From: Vitrella brassicaformis CCMP3155
Taxonomy: Eukaryota > Protista > Chromerida
NCBI GenBank assembly: GCA_001179505.1
Contig: CDMY01000570.1
Span: 1 to 49,514 of the forward strand
DNA length: 49,514 bases
Direction of reading: 5' to 3'
The notes under the pieces were generated by a model. That model was not told the DNA's origin and did not search any database. It was given only the letters and a program-made list of their open reading frames with translations. The position numbers and the translations under genes were made by a program. Below are positions 44,172 to 49,514 of this stretch, one piece after another; within the stretch, counting starts at the first letter, position 1, and each line of letters begins with the position of its first letter.

Positions 44172-45121
44172 ATGTCTGCCCGACGCGCACCCATGGCACA
44201 TCCTCCCCCTCCCCCACCGCCCGCACGGCATCATCCACCCCCTCTCCACCCGTCGGCACCGTGGCGCCCCCCTCTTTCGTCTATGCGGCCCTCCATCCCC
44301 CTCAGCAACACTGGGGAGGGCTCAGCGGGCGGCCGGGGCACTCAAGGAGCAGTGGGAGCTATGAACGACCTTAACCGCTCCCATGGCGTGGCTGAGGCGC
44401 TTCGGTCCTTCCCCAGATATCAGCCGGGGCTCACCGCCAGCATGACGGCCAGCCGAGCCGACTATCGAGGGTCATCCCAGGCTCTACCGCCTCGCCATGC
44501 GGTGAGACATACGACGGACGGCACACAGGCGGCAATCAGCTCTCTCATAAGTGTGTCATCCGTCCGTGTTGTGTGTCTTCTCTGCACCACCAGGATGAGT
44601 TCGCTGCAGCTGGGCCGAGATTCGTGACGCGCCAGAGTCGCGAGGCGTCGTCACGTCAGAGCAGCTCCGGTGAGTCCGAGCGGCCATCGAGTTCCCGAGA
44701 GGCGCGGCAGCAGACGTCTGACGGTGTGGGGTCTAAGGTGCGTGAGGGGCATCAGAAGGACAAGTTCATGGAGTCGCGATTCTTCAAGAGTAAGCCGCGG
44801 CACACATGACAGAGGAGGGAGGGGAGGATGTGTGTGCCTTTGGTTGGTTGATTGGTGCAGTTGGGGGACATCCGCCGGCTGAGTATGGGCTGTGCAATCT
44901 GGGAAACACGTGCTATCAGTAAGCAAACCACAGCCCCTGCGTCATCCACAAGGCGAACACCAACACACACAAATGGCTGTGCTGTTCCATCCTCCCTCCT
45001 TGTTTTGTTGTTGTGTGCAGGAATGCGGGTATGCAGCCGTTGCTTCGGACTCCATGGTTCTGGGACTGGTCAGCTGGCCAAACGGCCCCCCACCCACACA
45101 ACGGACCAACCAAACAGCACA

Positions 45122-45152
<31 letters not shown>

Positions 45153-48100
45153 CTGTTCGGTGTGCTGTGCAGGTTCGCGGTGGCGTTTGATCAGACGTTC
45201 ATATGTCCTCGCAGCCCATACAGAGGACACGTAGCTTCGGTGATTCAGTGAGTGAGTACCTCCACCACGCACAGACACACCAAACCACAGACACTTCTGA
45301 TGTGGTGTGTGTGTGTGTGTGTGCCAATCAATGACTGCAGGTGTTTGCCGACCTCATGAGAGAGTTTGCGTCGAACGGCCCGTCGCTGCACCAGCAGGGC
45401 GTCGTCGACCCGACCAACTTCCGCCGCGTCTTTGCAAGGAACAAGAAGGAGTTCAGAGGTACACAACACGCCTCACCCAATGCGCACCGGTGGTTGGCAT
45501 CATCACACCAAACAAGACTTGTGTGTGCTGTGTGGGTGTCATTCTGTGGGCAGGTCGCCGTCAGCATGATTCGGCAGAGTTTCTCGTCAAGCTGCTCGAG
45601 TGTCTTCACGAAGTAAGGCACCACCAGATCGCCCCTAACACACGCATCCACCACTGACCTGTGTGTGGGTGTTGGGTGCATGGCACGTGTGCAGGACACC
45701 AACAGGATCCAGGAGAAGCCGACCTTCCACCACATGGACGACCTACCGGGGGAGACGGCCACACAGGCCAGGTGGGTGCGTGGGTCTGTGCGGGGCTGAG
45801 CCACACACGTGAATTGATGGACACTTATCCTTCTCCTTCCCTCTCTCTCTCTCTCTCTGTGTGTGTGTGTCATCAGCGACCGTTGGTTGGCGGACGAGCA
45901 GCGGCGGAGCAGCTCCATCGTCTCGGACGTGTTTGCTGGACAGCTCATGACAGAGATCACATGCCCAAAATGCGGCCACAGTGAGCACACAGCACACACC
46001 CACCACACCACACCACACCCACCACACCCATCAAAGACGTCCCTCAATGCACTGTTGTGTGTCATGATGTGTCTGTCTGTGTGCAGTTCCGCAACTTCGA
46101 GAGCAATAGAACTCTACCCCTGACCATCCCTGACGAGACAGCAGAGGTCGACCTCGACGAGTGCCTCAAGACGTTCTGCAAGATCGAGGTGAGTCCGGTC
46201 CGCCCCATGCAACACACCGACTGCCACACACGCCCCCTCTCTCACTCTCTCTGTGTGTGGCATGCCATTGATCCATTGATCAGGTCTTGAAGGGCGAAGA
46301 CGTGTGGTTCTGTCCCAAGTGCTAGGAATACGTCGAGGCCAGGTGGGCGGGGTGGGGGATGTCTCTGTGCTTGTGTCATGTTGATCTGTCTGTCCGTCTG
46401 TGTGGGTGTGCCAGCAAGGAGGTGACCATCATCAGGCCCCCGCCGGTGCTGGTCGTTGTGCTCGGCCGGTTCCGCAAGGACAAGTTCGGCGGGACGGAGG
46501 GCATCTTCAACGCCAAACGCATCAACACCCCCGTCAGCTTCAAGACCAGCAACCTGTGTCTCGCTGACGTCGATGGCCTCTGCCAGCACTCTGGTGAGAG
46601 GGAGATGTGGGAGAGAGGCGGGGAGGGTGCGCTCATGCCTCTATGTGTCTCTCTCTCTCTGTGTGAGTGTTTGTTGCGTGTTCAGAGGATCCCTCCATCG
46701 GCCGCCAGTACGACCTGTACGGCGTCACCCACCACGACGGCATCCTGCAGGGCGGCCACTACTACTCGTGAGCACACGACAGACACACAGACAGACACAC
46801 AAACAAACAGACAGACAGACAGACAGGGCGTGACTGGAGAATGGATATGTGGGTCTGTGTGTTGTGTGTGCAGCTATGTCAAGCTGGTGGTCAATGGGGT
46901 GGTGACGTGGGTGCGGTTCGACGACAAGGCGACTGAGTACTTCATGCCTGAGGAGCAGATCCAGGGTACGTATCTGGAGCGGGGAGCAGGGGAGGGGACG
47001 TCGCACAACAAGAGAGACTGGCCCATGTGTGTGTGTGTGTGTGTGTCAGGTCCGGGGGCCTACATCCTTTGGTATGCGGCCCGGGACATGTCCAAGACGT
47101 TCCAGGAGAAGCGCTCCGTCCCCATCGCCAAGCGTACGTACGACGATAGACGAGCACACACCCGTAGCACACAGCACACACACACTATTCGGCTCTGTTG
47201 TGCAGTGCCCGACCCATCGGCCGAGGACGAGGAGGCGGACGACGTCGACAGCGATGAGGAGGACTCACCTGCGGCCGTCGACTTGGAGAACTTCCCACCA
47301 CTGGCACCGACCAGCCGGCCTCCCAAGCGCAGCACTGGTCCCCAGCTCCCGCCCCGCCCGTCCCCACCACACACACACCGTCCGCCGCCAGCGCCGCCAG
47401 CGAAGCCACAGACCCCCCCGACCACCAACCGGAGGAAGCCCGCCCCTCCCGCATCCGCCAAGCGTCCCGACGTGCCACCGACTCAGAAGAAGGAGCGTGA
47501 AGGTACGCGCCGATGATGTCGACCATCCACCCACACAGAGACACGCTCACACGCATTCATTCATGTGTGTCTGCTTGGTGTGTGCTGTGTGCTGTGTGCA
47601 GTGCCGCTGCCCCGTTCCATCGACAACCCGGTGGCGCCGTCGAGCCCCTCGAGTGTGGTCGACAAGGACACCGAGGACATCACCTCCCCGCTGGACGACA
47701 GCACCGACATCGCCGCACCGGCGGCTGCTGGCGCTTCCTCCCACCTCCCTGCGCCCACCGTCCGGCCCTCGAAGCCGTCCACTGTGCCCCCGCCCGCCCC
47801 CGCTGCTCCCACCCCTCCGGCCGCTGCCCTCTCGCCACCGCCAGTGCACGGCAAGGCCCCCAGTGCCATCACCACCACCACCGAGAAAGAGGAGACGGCA
47901 GAGAGGGCGCCAGGGAAGAAGAAGGGCAAGAACAGAGGGAAGGACACGGACACGGCCGCCCAGCTCCGACGGATTCGGGCGGTCAGCACACTCGCACCAC
48001 ACGAAGCACAAGCGGTCAGAACGCTGCGTGGATAATGAGTGTGTGTTGGTCCGACAGGCCCTAGCGATGATGGAGAAGGGCGCTGAGGACAAGAACAAGA

Positions 48101-49514
48101 CTCGCGCCCCGGCCAAGAAGGTCAGCAGACAGCCCCGCAGCCCCTCCAACGCCCCCTCCCATTTGTGTGTGTGTGGTGGCTACCAGGCCGCGGGGGGCCA
48201 CCGCATGCTCACCAAGAAGGAGCAGGAGGAGCGGAGCCGCATTCAGGAGAAACAGCGGTACCTGTTCACACACAATGTGGGGGCCAAATGCGCACACACA
48301 TATACACCATGTCTGTCTGTCTGTCTGTGTGCGTGGTCTATACGAACGTGTCTGCAGTGAGGAGCAGGAGAGGAAGAAGAGGGAGGAGGAGCAGGACCAG
48401 AAGCGCCGAGAGGAGGAGGAGGAACAGAAGCGCCGTGAGGAGGAGGAGAGGAAGGAGGAGGAGCGGAAGCGACTCGAGGAGCAGGTACGCACCCTCCCCC
48501 ACCCACCCAACCAACTCGACATACCTACGACATGTGTTGTGTGTGCGCGTGTGTGGTGTGGACCAGGAGACGACACGTGCTTCAGTCGAGCGGATGTCCA
48601 AGCTGGCGGGCCTCGTCAGCCGGTGCCTCGCCGACGAGCTCACTGCCGCCAAGCTCGTCAGCGAGACGCACCAGCTCCTACAAGAGGTAGACCAACACAC
48701 ACACACGCACTACTCGTTCAGTTCACCTGAGCAACCAACTCGTCTGTCTGTCTGTCTGTGTGTGTTCCGTGTGTCAGTCTGATTGGCACCAGGTGTTGCC
48801 GTCGGCCACCATCGCCGAGGAGCTGCTCAAAGCCATCGATGGTGCGCATCTCTGACTGACACCGACATACGGCGATTGGTTGATGTGATGTGTGGTGGGG
48901 TGCACTGCAGCTGGTGTGGCTGATGAGAGTTTGGAGAGCCTCGAGGCGGTCAGTGCCCTCGTCGCCAAAATCAAGCCCACACTCGAGAACATCTTCCAGG
49001 TCAATCAGTCAGTCAGTCAGGGAGGGAGGGAGGGACAGACACAGATGGCATGGATGTGCACGCGCAACCTTGTGTTCATTCAGACGTCTTGCATCCACCG
49101 GCACAAGCTACGGTTCCTGTTTGCCATTCAGAAGGGCACACTCGGTAACAAACTGACGTGACCAGGAGCCATGCAGTGCACGTCCGTCCATCTCTCCGCT
49201 ATGTGTGTGTGTCTCTGTCCATTGTGTGTGTCCATTGTGTGTGACATAATAGAGTTGCGTCACGTCCGCATATCGCCCTTGTGGGCTTTGGTCGAGGCCG
49301 TCTTCGACGCCCTCTACACGCAGGACATCATCGAGGAACAGTACTTCACCTGGGTAGGTAGCCCAACACACATGACTGACTGACACACACGGAGAGGATG
49401 CACTGGCTGACTGCTTTCACGGGCCCCTCTGTGTGTCCAGTGGCGGGAGGACGAGCAGGACAAGACACCAGGCAAACAAGAGACACTCTCCCAGGTTCAC
49501 ACACACGCACAAAC
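44172..49514 (+). CDS. Ubiquitin-specific protease (peptidase C19) with Pro-rich/charged linker and C-terminal W2 domain; in-frame TAG at 46323; 3' end beyond window
   Basis: Cys box GLCNLGNTCYQ|NAGMQPL (Cys 44911), RQHDSAEFL, SIVSDVFAGQL...TCPKCGH, LDECLKTFCKIE, WFCPKC, His box YDLYGVTHHDGILQGGHYYS (His 46757), WVRFDD, AYILWY. Terminal exons LFAIQ, FDALYTQDIIEEQYFTW|WREDEQDKTPGKQETLSQ. Start is 44172 or 44019. Confidence 0.88.

Overview
Intron-rich, GC-rich eukaryotic genomic DNA with short introns packed with (GT)n/(CA)n/(GA)n/(GGAT)n microsatellites. This style and the lineage-specific gene families suggest the chromerid alga Vitrella brassicaformis (inference, not verified). Most six-frame ORFs are artefacts, so genes were rebuilt by hand from exons and splice sites. 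Layout: a dispersed repeat (1-1090); a BTB gene; three apparently disabled genes (4.5-10.5 kb); a core block (TPR-like, SETD9-like, two-RRM protein, coiled-coil protein, SMC4, THOC6-like WD40); and a single in-frame gene fusing prephenate/arogenate dehydratase, arogenate dehydrogenase and prephenate aminotransferase (33014-40039). Then come an inverted second copy of the repeat, a triplicated degenerate exon-intron cassette, and a USP deubiquitinase fused to a C-terminal eIF4G/eIF5-type W2 domain, which carries an in-frame TAG and runs off the window end. Highlights: the trifunctional Phe/Tyr enzyme, the USP-W2 fusion, an 82-bp micro-inversion whose reversal restores a splice acceptor and ORF, and a recurring sense-oriented AGCTCGC motif upstream of most start codons. 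Two 300-N gaps fall inside introns. No rRNA, tRNA, CRISPR or transposase was recognised.
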